Part shown: piece by piece, positions 26,417-38,929 of the stretch | Position numbering within the stretch: the stretch's first letter is position 1 | Layout: every line of letters starts with the position of its first letter | DNA from: Eledone cirrhosa | Lineage: Eukaryota | Assembly: GCA_964016885.1 (NCBI GenBank) | Contig: OZ024746.1 | Coordinates: 21,514,001 to 21,578,000, forward strand | Direction of reading: 5' to 3' | Length of the DNA stretch: 64,000 nucleotides | Made by a program: the position numbers and the translations under genes | The notes under the pieces: model-generated | Told to the model about the DNA's origin: nothing | Database searches by the model: none | What the model saw: the letters and a program-made list of their open reading frames with translations, nothing else

Positions 26417-26626
26417 CAGCTCTCTTCCTTGATTGAGCACTGTTTTTCTTTTTCCTTTTCACAACTACAGATATTTACAACATATGTGTGTGTGGTATAG
26501 GAAGATGCTCATATTTTTCCATTCAGTGGACTTATACACCCCGTTATTATTAGATTATTATATTTAGTCAAAGTTACAGTGAAATCTAATTCAAATAATT
26601 CCGTTCACCATTTTCTAAACACACCT

Positions 26627-26713
<87 letters not shown>

Positions 26714-26714
26714 G

Positions 26715-26835
26715 GATACTATTTATAGTTATGTATATTTTAAACTATAAACAGGGAAGGTCAGTAATTTATTACTACCTTATTACCAGTAAGATAAATA
26801 GCTCAATGTAATAACATCAGTTGTTCTACAGAGCA
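26715..26835. repeat. Dispersed repeat end abutting (TA)n; second copy at about 60960-61085
   Basis: GATACTATTTATAGTTATGTATATTTTAAACTATAAACAGG.AAGGTCAGTAATTT...ACAGAGCAG present at both sites. Confidence 0.8.
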
Positions 26836-26840
26836 GTTAT

Positions 26841-27475
26841 ATAGAATTCACAAGAATCAAAGCTATGTTCAAAGCATTTATTCACTTACAATTGTTTCAT
26901 CCAAACCTAGGCTTGGAGTCTTCGGAGCATTTTTCAATGTTTGTACACATAATTGACTTCCTATCCAACGCAAGAGACATACAGATAGATACATATATAT
27001 ATATTGATGTACAGTGGAGTGACATATATTATATTATACTATATTTGTACAGCAATTCAAAATCAAAATCAAAATTAAAATTAAAATACATGCGGCAGAT
27101 AACACAGATAATTGTTTCTACTTTAGGCACAAGGCCAGCAATTACCCAGTGCATTACTGGTACTTTATTTTATCGACCCCGTAAGGATGAAAGGCAAAGT
27201 CAACCTCGGCGGGAAAGAGGATAGTTTGATAATCAGATCTAGAAGATAGTGTATGCGTTAGTTACACATGGAGCATGCAAGTGTGTCTCATTTATATACG
27301 ATTGTGTGGCAAGGTGTTACATGTAATGCAAACACTTTAAGCAGGTAAGCAAGAGTATTATGGTGGTTGTAGTGGTAGTCAATTATATGTACAAACATTG
27401 AAAAATGCTCCGAAGACTCCAAGCCTAGGTTTGGATGAAACAAATGCTTTGAACATAGCTTTGATTCTTGTGAAT

Positions 27476-27478
<3 letters not shown>
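26841..27478. mobile_element. PLE family P2 with inverted terminal copies and a SINE A fragment (27110-27213) inside
   Basis: 26841-26957 is inverted relative to 27378-27478. The minus-strand copy has an intact HHR; the plus-strand copy lacks stem III and the cleavage site. Confidence 0.75.
26883..26929 (-). ncRNA. Minimal hammerhead ribozyme, variant core (family P2)
   Basis: Minus strand: TGCT CCGAAGA c TCCAAGCC-ta-GGTTTGGA t GAAA CAATTG TA AGTG aataaa. Stem III region ACAATTGT is a perfect palindrome; GUA triplet. Confidence 0.72.
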
Positions 27479-27510
<32 letters not shown>

Positions 27511-28449
27511 GGTGGCTGCCAACTCGTTTTCGAGTACGGCCACTACTTTATATCCATGTAGGAGAACCTCTACCGATGCGCTGAACGAGTGTGATTTTTT
27601 AGTCCAGCCAGCGACTTGAAAACTCTGGTACAAACACTACACCTGTGACAATTATTGACACATAGTGCTGGGCCCATGGTACCATGTGACGACAAGTGCA
27701 GAGAGATCTCCAGATATAAAGCAATGCCTGTGCCGTGAAGCTTTTATAGTGAGCAAAGGCACTGCACAAAGCCAGTCCCACTCTCTTAACCAAGATGATA
27801 TTTACCAAAAAGAAGAACAAGTCAACATCATTGGATACTATCATATACACACACATATATATATTTATATATATATACATATACACACACATACATTTTT
27901 ATATATATGTATATATACACATATTTGTATATACATGTATGTACATACATTCATACATATATATATATATATACACATACATGCATACATACATGCATAC
28001 AAAAAGAGAAGGGAAAAGAAAATGAGAGAGTGAGTGACAGAGGAGAGATAATTCATTTTACAATGCATAACGTTAACAAACTAATCAATCTAATGAATTA
28101 AAATAAATATATAAATTTGAGTTTTTCTCTTACGTTTTTGACTTCATGTTAAAGGTGGTAAAAAACAGATTGATATGGGTGAGTATATCTGACAGCTTTC
28201 ACAAGTAAAACAAATATGTTGCACTGTGATTGATGGACATTCATAATGCTGTAATGCCTGTCATGCTAGAAAAATATTCTTTGTAGAGCCTGCATAATCA
28301 TAACATGGAAAACTGCCAGAATCATTCTCATTGCTTCATGTACAGTTTATCACACAAATATGTCTCTACATCAAATTCAAATCAAAGTTAAATTATGAAT
28401 ACACACAAACACACACGCACACAATATATATATATATATATATATATAA

Positions 28450-29068
28450 TACTCTGGATGTCGGTGAGCATGTCCAGCTAACCTCAGTCTCCTCTGTGTC
28501 ACTTTTGAGGTGACTTTTGGGAGGCTCCCATACAGCTCTGAGATTTTCATCCTCAGTGTATACTGACTAATGTTCAGAGCCATCCTCAGCATTCTCGTGT
28601 AGCACCCATTCACCATCTGAGTGAGTTTCTTGGTCAGTGTCCAAGTCTCAGACCCATACAGCAGCACAGACTCCATTACAGCAATGAAGAGCGGATTTTC
28701 AGGTCTTTACGAAGGTCCGACTTCCACACCGATCTCAAGCTGTGGCACGCTGCCCAGGCTTTGCTCTTCTTCTCAACCACATCATCTTCCGTGTCCCAAT
28801 CTTTGCTCCCAAATACAGGAAGTCCTCAACCAATTCTAGCGGCTTCCCGCCTACATTAGTGATCCCCTCTGGCTTCTCAACATTCTCTACCAGATATTTT
28901 GTTTTAGTCTCATGGACAAGAGCAAGACCAGGGTTAACGTATGTTGATTCCCTAAGGACAGACACTGGTCTGTTGGAGATGCAGGACATGGCAGTGATAA
29001 TGAGGGACAGAGACCGCTGGAGAGAACTTGTCCATGGATCTCGGGATTTTACCCGCCCTAGATAGATA
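28450..29068. mobile_element. RTE-type LINE with 5' inversion
   Basis: Minus 28450-28910 reads ELVEDFLYLGAKI...ESVLLYGSETWTLTK...GCYTRMLRMALNIS...RRLRLAGHAHRHPE. Plus 28915-29065 reads ARPGLTYVDSLRTDTG...MRDRDRWRELV. Confidence 0.9.
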
Positions 29069-29819
29069 TATAATACTAACAAAATTATAGATGTCATGTC
29101 TGAGAAAATCACAAACATGTGCCATACCACCTATATCTACATACATATATATATGTGTGTGTATATATTATGTTAAACAATGAAAGAATACATCAAGGTG
29201 CTGTCATTAATTAATCCTTTGTTTTACAATAGTTTCTGAGGGCAACATTATTGATGTGATGACCAATTGATGGCAGTTATGCAAATCCATACCATTTGCT
29301 GTCTATTCTCAGAAATAATGGATTATATTTTTTCTAGATAAATGAGTAGTCAGTTCACATGGAAGGAAATGTGAATAGGTTAATTAACTAATAAATAAGT
29401 AGTACATAAATGTATAAAATGCTATACACACATATATTTATGCCCTTACACATTCATAAACCATCAGATATCAAATGAGATTCAAACTGCAGTAATTTTT
29501 ATTCTAGTTTTTGTCAGACAGTTATCTAGATCTTAAATTCTACAGTGAAAATGTTGGTCAGCTACGGGTGGCATACCTACCACATACAAATACAAAATAC
29601 ATATACATAATCATATATATATATATATATGCACACACATACAAACATACACATACACCCATATCTATATATATATATATATATATATAATCATCATCAT
29701 CATACGTCTGCTTTGCCCTGCTTGCAAGGGCAGGATGGGTTCTATTCAGCACAGCTTCTCTCCATTTGTCATCTCCTCCGTGAGCTTCAGCAATCTGAGA
29801 TCAGCTCTCATGTTTATAT

Positions 29820-30112
29820 CATCATCATCACCATCATCATATTACGTCTACTTTTCCCTGCTTGCAAGGGTGGGAAGGGAACTGATTCTGGCTTGATTTC
29901 TACAGCTGGATGCCCTTCCTAACACCAACCTCATTTACAGTGGAATGATAGGGACCCCAGTCCCTATCATCTCATTTCTACAGCTGAGTAAACTGGAGCA
30001 ATGTGAAATAAAGTGTCTTGCTCAAGGAAACAACACATCACCCGGTCTGAGAATTGAACTCACAACCTTTCGATTGCAAGACCAATGCTCTAACCACTAA
30101 GCCATGTGCCTC
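29820..30112 (-). mobile_element. SINE group B with RTE-like tail, near-identical to 1460-1790
   Basis: Reverse-complement match, with a deletion between two CACTG microrepeats. Confidence 0.88.
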
Positions 30113-30551
30113 CATATATATATATATATATATTAGAAAGTGATATATATATATATTAGAAAGTGAGGTTTTTTTACAAAATGAAAAATAACCAAGGTGT
30201 CCTACACGACTGAAAGTATAAAGAAAAAAAGAAGAAATCAAAATTGCAACTGGAGTCTTATTTTTAAAAAAATATATATATTTATTTGGTTCCTTTACCG
30301 GTTTCACAGTTCTTCTGCTTTTCAAAAGTAGAGTTGAGATGGAGGGTCTGTGGCTTTTCTCACATCATAATAAATATATATTTATTTATTTACACATATT
30401 TATTATGACTGCTATATTTATATATAAGTATGAATCTATGTATATTTGTATGTATTTGTGTGGCTTTCTTTCCCAAATATTCTAGGGCATATATATTACA
30501 AATAAAATCTCAAACATTTATTTGGAATCCTATTTTCTTATTTTTTAACAG

Positions 30552-30716
30552 GTGAATTCGGCTACAGTTTTACTGTTTCAACTGGCAACTCCATCAATGA
30601 CATTGCTTTCTTCCCTTCAAATAGAAAAAATGGATATGATATCTTTATGACATCTGGAAGCCTTAGTAATATTATCTATGTAAATCTTGAGAGTGGAGCT
30701 ATGAACGTTCTAGAAG
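30552..30716 (+). CDS. FSTL5: FSTL4/5-like exon G (not in ORF track)
   Basis: ttttaacag|GT acceptor, GAAG|gtaagt donor, phase 1-1. Translates (G)EFGYSFTVSTGNSINDIAFFPSNRKNGYDIFMTSGSLSNIIYVNLESGAMNVLE. Confidence 0.88.
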
Positions 30717-31588
30717 GTAAGTCAAGTGATTTAAAAAGCCTTGTTTAAAAGAAAACAGTTATGTATTGTTCCTCACACTCATTTACTCTATGTGAGTTAC
30801 CCCAATTGCTTCTTGTATGTTGGTTTCTTCTATATATTTTGACTTTGTACTATCCTCATCATAGCTTGGCAGAATCACTAGTGTATCAGACTAAATGTTT
30901 TGTGACATTTATTCATATTTTTTTAAACCTTTAGCATTTACACCAGCTGTATCTGGCCAGATTTCTCTCACCTCTTTTTATTCAAACCAGCTGTAACTGG
31001 CTGCTCATACTGATTTTAAGGTATTGTTCTGAAAACAAATAATATCAAAATCTCATAGATGCGATATTATGTGAGATAATTATATGAGGTAAAGCCTTTA
31101 CCATGAAAATATAATGGTAAATATAAAGTAATGTAAATGCTAAATGGTTAACATTCTGAATTAAAACCATCCTAAGGTAGAACTGTGTGTGTGTGTGTAT
31201 ATTGTTGTGGGATGTGATTTGTTGCTTTTGGAATAATTCTAGTGCTTCATCTGTTGTTCAGTGTGTGTGTGCAATCTGAATTGTGTTACGTTGTTTTATG
31301 GTGTTTGTGTTTCATATATGCTGTATTATTATTATGTTTTAGTGTTGGTTAATGATTGTGTAGAATATGTGCAGTTTTCATTGTATTTGTATTAATTGAT
31401 GACTGCAGTGTAGTATGAGTTGTTTGTGTTCCAATATCGGGTAACAAAATTTGGGTATGTGTTGTGTTACTGTTCGGGTGTTGAGTTTGTATTGTGAAAG
31501 TAAAAGTAATACATGTAGGCATTATCTAACAAATGTGTGTTCAAATGTGTGTTAAATCTCACTGTTTCATTTTTTTTCTTTTTTATAG

Positions 31589-31797
31589 GGGTTGGTCGTA
31601 CTAATGAAGAAAAGTCATGGCCTTGGCTAGAAAACAAATGGTCTATCATTGGCGGCAATATATTTAGTGAATATTTGCTGACGTCAATGAAGTATTCTGT
31701 CATCATCCTTAATGGCCACAAGAAACAAGTACAATGTGAGTTCAGAGAATTGAAAAAAAGTGATGTGGCTATTTTTGCTGAACCATTTGAAGCCTAA
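31589..31797 (+). CDS. FSTL5: FSTL4/5-like terminal coding exon H
   Basis: ttttatag|GG acceptor. Translates (G)VGRTNEEKSWPWLENKWSIIGGNIFSEYLLTSMKYSVIILNGHKKQVQCEFRELKKSDVAIFAEPFEA*, matching the FSTL4/5 C-terminus (W.W, G.F..YL.T, ILNG, CE). Confidence 0.9.
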
Positions 31798-32277
31798 GTC
31801 TTCATTAACAAACAATACTAAAAAAAAGTATAAAATTAACAGAAAAACTAAACAAAAACAAAAAGACACAACAGTCAGATTTCCAAATTTATTTATCTAT
31901 ATGATTATTTTGTGATTTCTCTACTCCATTCCATCTTAACTATCCTCTGTCCCTTTCCAAGTTCTGTATAACCCCTGCATAAAATTGTGTTCTGACTGTT
32001 AAAAAATCTATTATTATTAATTATTTATTGTTATTATTATCATTATTATTATTATTATTATTATTTGTCCATTTAATTTTGTATCACTGTTTTGGCTGAT
32101 AACACACCGAGAGGCAATTTTACTGACATTATGTATGTTTTAACTATTCAATTATGACTCATAAATTCTATTTTCTAGTTTGATTATTTATTGTTTTTTT
32201 TCTCTGATTATATCTCAGCCTTCCCTTTTTAATCATCTCTTCTCTTATTGTCTAAAGCTTGGATACATAAATTATTT

Positions 32278-32283
32278 AATAAA
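32278..32283 (+). promoter_or_regulatory. Candidate polyadenylation signal (AATAAA) for the FSTL-like gene
   Basis: AATAAA about 480 nt after the stop codon; another at 33051. AT-rich context makes chance hits likely. Confidence 0.25.
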
Positions 32284-33234
32284 AACTACAGATTAATAAC
32301 ACATATCCACATAGACACACACACAAACATACATGTGTATATCTATTATGTAACACATACATACATACAAACACGCTTATACACGTTCACACAGAGGACT
32401 TTCTGCAGATGATTAAATCCATTCCTTACCTGATCTTTTAAAGCCATTTATCATTTACCATCTACACTGCAGAAACATCATATTAGGCAACACACTTTAA
32501 AAACAACAACAACAAAACTCAATGAAAAAAAAAAGAAACAAAATCAGAAAAACGAAAAAAAAATAACACAAAACAAACAAACAGAAACTAAATATTTCAG
32601 AAACAATATGATATGATGTATTGCTTGAGTGGCGTGATTTTAAACATGTAAAAGTTTTGTATATTGTTAACTGTGCAATCCGTTGTCGTGCTATTTTGCA
32701 ATGCATATAATAGCATATATCATTGAATATATGCTCCTTGCATCCGAATTGTCTCTATGCTAGGCATTGCCATTATTGCTCTCTAAAGCTAATTGTAAAA
32801 TAAAATTTTTAAAAAAATGAAATAAGGATGATAAATTAAAGGAAGACAGAAATATCAAAATATTAAAACACAAAAAGACAAAAGAAAAAAAGAGAGAGAA
32901 TTTTCAACAATGTAATTACAATAATGCAAAGCAAAAAAAAAAGAAAGAAAAAAATACAGTGAACTAAATGCATGGATATGCAAAATCTTGCACAAGAACT
33001 TTAAAAAAAAATTAGCAACAGTAAAATATTTCGAAAGCTATAATGATTGAAATAAAATTCACACCATATACACATAATGATCAAAGATTTTTTTTCCCCA
33101 AAAACAAATTCCATTTTGTATGTTGCATTATATTACTTTATATATTTTCTTCACCCTTTCTCTCTGTCTGTCTCTTTGTCTTGAGCTTTCTTTTCATTCT
33201 ATCCTACATATCTTTCTGAATAATCTATTGATTT

Positions 33235-33565
<331 letters not shown>

Positions 33566-33840
33566 TAAATCAAGCAAGCTGCCTATTAACAACCTATATA
33601 TCTTCTAACCAGTTATATATTTAACTTGCATTAATAAAAAAGATAGAATTATAATTAATTATAATTGTTACAAGAAAACACACTTTTACTGATGACAATA
33701 AAATTAACATCATAAATGCAAAAGCGAAAGAAATGTGTATTTGATATGTACAGGAGTTAGCAAGAAATAACTAATGAAGAAAAACAAAAAGATAACCAAC
33801 CCCACACTAAACTAAAAATGTTGGTTTCAAAGTGTCTGTT

Positions 33841-33903
<63 letters not shown>

Positions 33904-34220
33904 CATATTATATATAAATATGTATGCATATTATATATATATATATATATACACATGTATGTATATATATTCATTTATGTTGGATTTGATGTCAAAGTTT
34001 CACCAAGGAAGGCTCAAATAACAGTTTGACTCTAGTCCATGAATGATGTCTCCTCTTTGGACAGTCTTTAAGAAAATACTATCAATATGCATACATACAT
34101 ATATATATATATAAGCCAGTTGACTGCAACAGGTAAGAGTATATATATATATATATATATATACACACAGAAACATATATATACAAATACATTTATATAT
34201 ACACAAAAATCATCATATAT

Positions 34221-34258
<38 letters not shown>

Positions 34259-34876
34259 GAATTGAAGTCCATGTTCACTAATTTATTTGGTATTTCTGTT
34301 TCTAATAATTACAAGAAATATCACCATTGCAAAATAATAAATCATGATTACTACTATTAATGTATACATACATACATATATATATATATATACATACATA
34401 TACACCACATTGATATCTATGTAGACATACATGTAGATATATTTGTATAAATATATATATATATATTTGTGTGTATGTCTATGCTCATGTGTTTGTGTGT
34501 ATATAAATATATTCAAAAACACACAGAGGCAGATGCAAATTAGTTTGTAAATTCTTCAAGCAAAACCAAGCTTTTAATTTCAATTTAGTTAATTTTAATA
34601 AATAAACAAACAATATTCAATACAAAGCAATTGAAACCATCAAGATTAATATGAAATTATAATTGAAGCAAGACATTTTGCTATATGTTTGTTTTTATTT
34701 TTCAACATGCCTTTCCATTTTCTTATTTGCTGCGATATTGTAATAATTTCAAATTATTATAAAAAAGATAAAAAATGATTAAAAAAACCCAGTTTTTTTT
34801 GTTAATTGAATTGCTTTTTAATTAAATTTGTCTCATTGTAATATATGTCTTTGCATCTTCTTGGCTTTTAGCCATA

Positions 34877-34923
<47 letters not shown>

Positions 34924-35129
34924 GGAGAGAGAGATATGCCTACATCTGTACATTCATGCTAAACAAACAGGATGAGATCTTATGTTTGGCCTATTTCTTA
35001 CCTGGAGGTCATAGGCTCCAGTTGAGTACTAACCGGTCTGTGATGACATGTCACAGGGAAATCAGATATTAAATGATGCATACATACAACATTCTCAAAA
35101 GATACAGGGACAGGATAAATGTTCCTATA

Positions 35130-35810
35130 TTATTGTAAAACAAGGAAAAATCTACAAACCATTCTAGCAACATCTCTATCAATGACCTAACTAATTCAAT
35201 GATATCTGACAAGAAATGATACGAGTACTTATGGATAGATGAAAATATGTCCTATGGTGGAATTTGTAATAAGGAATGTGTAGCAAGGAAATATAATACT
35301 AAGATAAGAAAAGTATGGTCTTGGAAACTCTCTGCATACAATAAATCAGTGACCCAGAATTTGTTTGCTGTACCTGCACTAACATCAACAGGGAGGCAAA
35401 AGCTTAATATCAATCCAAACAACTTTTGAATACCACATCATGTCTCTTCAACATCTAACCACTAAGCTTATAATCCCATCCATAGAACAAGTCTGTCTAC
35501 ACAAGGCAGATAACTTCATGAGAATTGGGTAGAAACATCTTGAAAAATACTCCCTGAAAGATGACAAAAACCCGGACCCAATAAAAAGCTGTATACTTAG
35601 CAGCAGAAAGTTGTGCGTGGCTATGTTGTCAGAAAGCTTCAAATTGAGAATAATTTAGATAACCAAGTTCGTCTATTTCGGACCAACAACCAATATACTA
35701 GATGTCATTATGAAGGATATTCTTTTGCAATCCAGGAGGAGGAAGATTTATTTACAGCAGAGTACGCAATACTTGGTACAGTAGAGTGTAAATATTGTAG
35801 AGAGTAAGAG
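35130..35810 (+). mobile_element. R4/Dong-like (RLE-type) non-LTR retrotransposon remnant
   Basis: YEYLWIDENMSYGGICNKE...KIRKVWSWKLSAYNKSVTQNLFAVPALT and HYEGYSFAIQEEE...CKYC motifs; many stops and deletions. Confidence 0.7.
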
Positions 35811-36229
35811 GCCCGATGGCTGAGCTCTTGCCGATCGACTCTCCATTATATATATATATAAGGAAAATTTAATGTAGATTTTGCAAACTTTTCAAAATCA
35901 GGAGCCTGTGAGAAGAATGAAATGCAAAGTGTAAACAGTTTCAACTATACCTCCATATACAGAGAAAGTAAGAGATTACCCTTATGCTACATTTCAGAAA
36001 TTTGGGACCCTCATCAAAGGATAAATATCCCTATGATTCTGTGTACTGACGTGTATAACTAAATCAACGTATATTGTTGTCGTTCCATGAATAAGGAAGT
36101 CTTTTTATGGTTGGAGCATTTATTCTTGAACTGTCAGACTTTAGAGCTCTCCTTATGACCTGAGATTCTTTTGTCTTAATTCCTCCTTCTTCGCAGAGTG
36201 GTTTCATGCCTTCTTGGAGACTTTCAGAG

Positions 36230-36267
<38 letters not shown>

Positions 36268-36293
36268 ATTTATTTATTTATTTAATTTATTTA

Positions 36294-36620
36294 TTTATTA
36301 TAACAGATTAAAGTTTAAGCAATTATAATATTTATTATAACAGATTAAAGTTTAAGCAATTATAATATTTATTATAACAGATTAAAGTTTAAGCAATTAT
36401 AATATTTATTATAACAGATTAAAGTTTAAGCAATTATAATATTTATTATAACAGATTAAAGTTTAAGCAATTATAATATTTATTATAACAGATTAAAGTT
36501 TAAGCAATTATAATATTTATTATAACAAATTAAAGTTTAAGCAATTATAATATTTATTATAACAAATTAAAGTTTAAGCAATTATAATATTTATTATAAC
36601 AGATTAAAGTTTAAGCAAAG
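36294..36620. repeat. 37-bp minisatellite, 9 copies (last partial)
   Basis: Unit TTTATTATAACAGATTAAAGTTTAAGCAATTATAATA with exact 37-bp period (C at 36304, 36341 ... 36600). Copies 7 and 8 carry G>A. Confidence 0.95.
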
Positions 36621-36671
36621 AATCGCTGCTTTCACCCTTAACGGGATCTTCTGAAATATATATATTATTAC

Positions 36672-36858
36672 CGGTGGATTGGCAGTATCGGTAGAGGGTC
36701 GGACGCCATGCTTTCCAGCATAGTTACGTCCCTTTATGATCTGAGTTCAAATCCCGCCGAGGTTGACTTTGCCTTTCATCCTTACGGGGTCGATAAAATA
36801 AAGTACCAGTAATGCACTGGATAATTGCTGGCCTTGTGCCTAAAGTAGAAACAATTAT
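36672..36858 (+). mobile_element. SINE group A, full length, young
   Basis: Matches the consensus with CpGs intact. Confidence 0.9.
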
Positions 36859-36975
36859 TACTATATATATATATTCGCCTCAACAATAACACCAAATTTC
36901 ATGAGGAATCTCTGGATCAAGTATATTCTTTGTTTGTGTTTGCCATAATTCCTGTTATTGATTAACTAATTATCT

Positions 36976-37049
36976 GCACCTGACGATGGCACCAAGGTCT
37001 TGCATCATGATCAGATGATGTAGCTTGGCCATTGAAATATGTATAGTGT
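36976..37049 (+). ncRNA. Minimal type-I hammerhead ribozyme with long stem II
   Basis: GCAC CTGACGA TGGC accaag...gcatcat-gatcag-atgatgt...cttg GCCA tt GAAA TATGTA TA GTGT, followed by ATTAAA. Confidence 0.65.
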
Positions 37050-37836
37050 TTTTGCAACATTAAAACTTTAAAAGGATATTTCTAGTCCGGCCATCTGTTG
37101 TTTTAAATAAGTATTTAACTCTGGTCCTGCACCAGCGAAGGGATTCAACATCTACGTTATAAGGTACCTAACGTAGAGTGCTTTTATTACTATTACATCA
37201 TGACCAATTCTGGCCCATTGATAAACCACACAATATGAATGGTATATATATATATATGTGTGTGTTTGTGTGTGCTAGAACACAACGTATATATGAAGAT
37301 TTTACAATTAATTTAACGTAGATCTAATTACCGTTTTGTTTTCTTTTTTAATTAAAAAAACTTTGCTATGAAAACAATGAAGAGAGAACTATAGGCACTT
37401 ACAATTATTTCTCCATATACAATATTCTAAGTGCACAGGAGATTTATTAGGTATTCAACAAATAAATATCTAAATGTTAATTACTACACATATGCATTGT
37501 GGGAGATTCTAAATCATTGAATAAATACGACCAATTAGACTCATATATCGTCTCGTATTCCAAAATGAAAAATGGGAAGATGTCATGATAAGTGAGTTGT
37601 TAAAATGTAAGAATAGAAATGAAACGAAACGTTCATAGGATAAATGAAATTGTGTGTAAATGAGATTGAAACATTGAATTAAATGTTGGTGATTAATTGA
37701 CGTATCTTCTGTACTAGATAGATAGCTTTTAAGTTCTTCTTGTATCACCTTCAACTTCTACGAAAGTCTTCCTTGTTCCTGTTATTCAATCATATACGTA
37801 TTCTACATGTGTTTGAACTGAACAAATATGCGATGG

Positions 37837-37952
37837 CAGTGCCGGATTTAGGACAAACGAGGTCCCAAAAGTTTGAAAAATTCATCATAAAAACTTTGGG
37901 GGCAGGAAGATGTCCCACCCTTTGCTTAAGCACAATGGTAAATCCGGCACTG
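37837..37952. mobile_element. hAT-like MITE
   Basis: Perfect 14-bp TIR CAGTGCCGGATTTA / TAAATCCGGCACTG. Imperfect 8-bp flanks TGCGATGG and TGCGTGGG. Confidence 0.75.
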
Positions 37953-38113
37953 TGCGTGGGCTTCTAATTTAAAAAAAATGTTAGTTAAATTCACCTTAAA
38001 ATCTTCAAATATACACATTAATTTCTATTATTTGGTTAATGCCATCATCAAATAGATGCACGTCGATCATTTCAGTAATTTTCAGTATCTTAAATGGCAT
38101 ACATAGCGTTAGT

Positions 38114-38432
38114 CAGACCTGTCAACTCTCCCCGTCCAACGGGGAGAATCTCCCACCCATTTGAGGCTGGGTGAAAAATGTCTTCTCTTGTGAAAATGTG
38201 TATAGCTTTCATTGCCATTCTGAGTTCAAATCCCGCCGAGGTTAACTTTGCCTTTCATCCTTACGGAGTCGATAAAATAAAGTACCAGTAATGTACTAGG
38301 TAATTGCTGGCCTTGTACCAAAAAGTAGAAACAATTATGTAAAATCTCCCCAGTTTACCCCATTCCTCTCCATTTTGGGGCACTTTTTTTCATAGTACAC
38401 CCCGTTTGGGTTTTTATAAGTTCGCAGGTCTG
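38114..38432. mobile_element. MITE (P- or hAT-like) with nested SINE A fragment (38213-38337)
   Basis: TIR CAGACCTGTCAACT / AGTTCGCAGGTCTG (12/14 match). Flanks CGTTAGT and CGTTACT. Confidence 0.65.
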
Positions 38433-38671
38433 CGTTACTGTAATAATATCCCCCGTGGTATACGATATGAAATTTATAATCGAAAAAGAGAATGTTATTT
38501 ATTGGTCCACCTTAATTACTATATACAAGCAATGTTTTCTTTTTATCAACATTCTTTCTTGTTTCACATTCATAACTCCAGTCATTCAATTCCTCTAAGT
38601 CATTCAATATCGAAGTCCCTTCATAGGTTCTATCCTTTATTGTGAAGTCACTCCATTAAATCTACCCCAGG

Positions 38672-38920
38672 GCATTACTGGTACTTTATTTTATCGACCC
38701 CGTGAGGATGAAAGACAACGTTAATCTCGGTGGTGTTTGAAATCAGAACGTAAAGGGGTGTAACTCTATTCCGTAAAGCATATTGTCCGACGCTTTACCG
38801 ATACTGCCTATCCACCGCCCTATTCCACTTAAATATAACTGTTTCTACTTTTGGCACAAGGCCAGCAATTATCCCCGTGCATTACTGGTACTTTATTTTA
38901 TCGAACCCGGAAGGATGAAA
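38672..38920 (-). mobile_element. Two SINE group A fragments
   Basis: Reverse-complement consensus at 38672-38821 and 38836-38920. Confidence 0.8.
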
Positions 38921-38929
38921 ACAAAAAAA

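Noticed and set aside
36294-36620. CRISPR-like 37-bp periodic array
   Set aside because: Units are contiguous with no unique spacers, there are no cas genes and the context is eukaryotic; it is a minisatellite.
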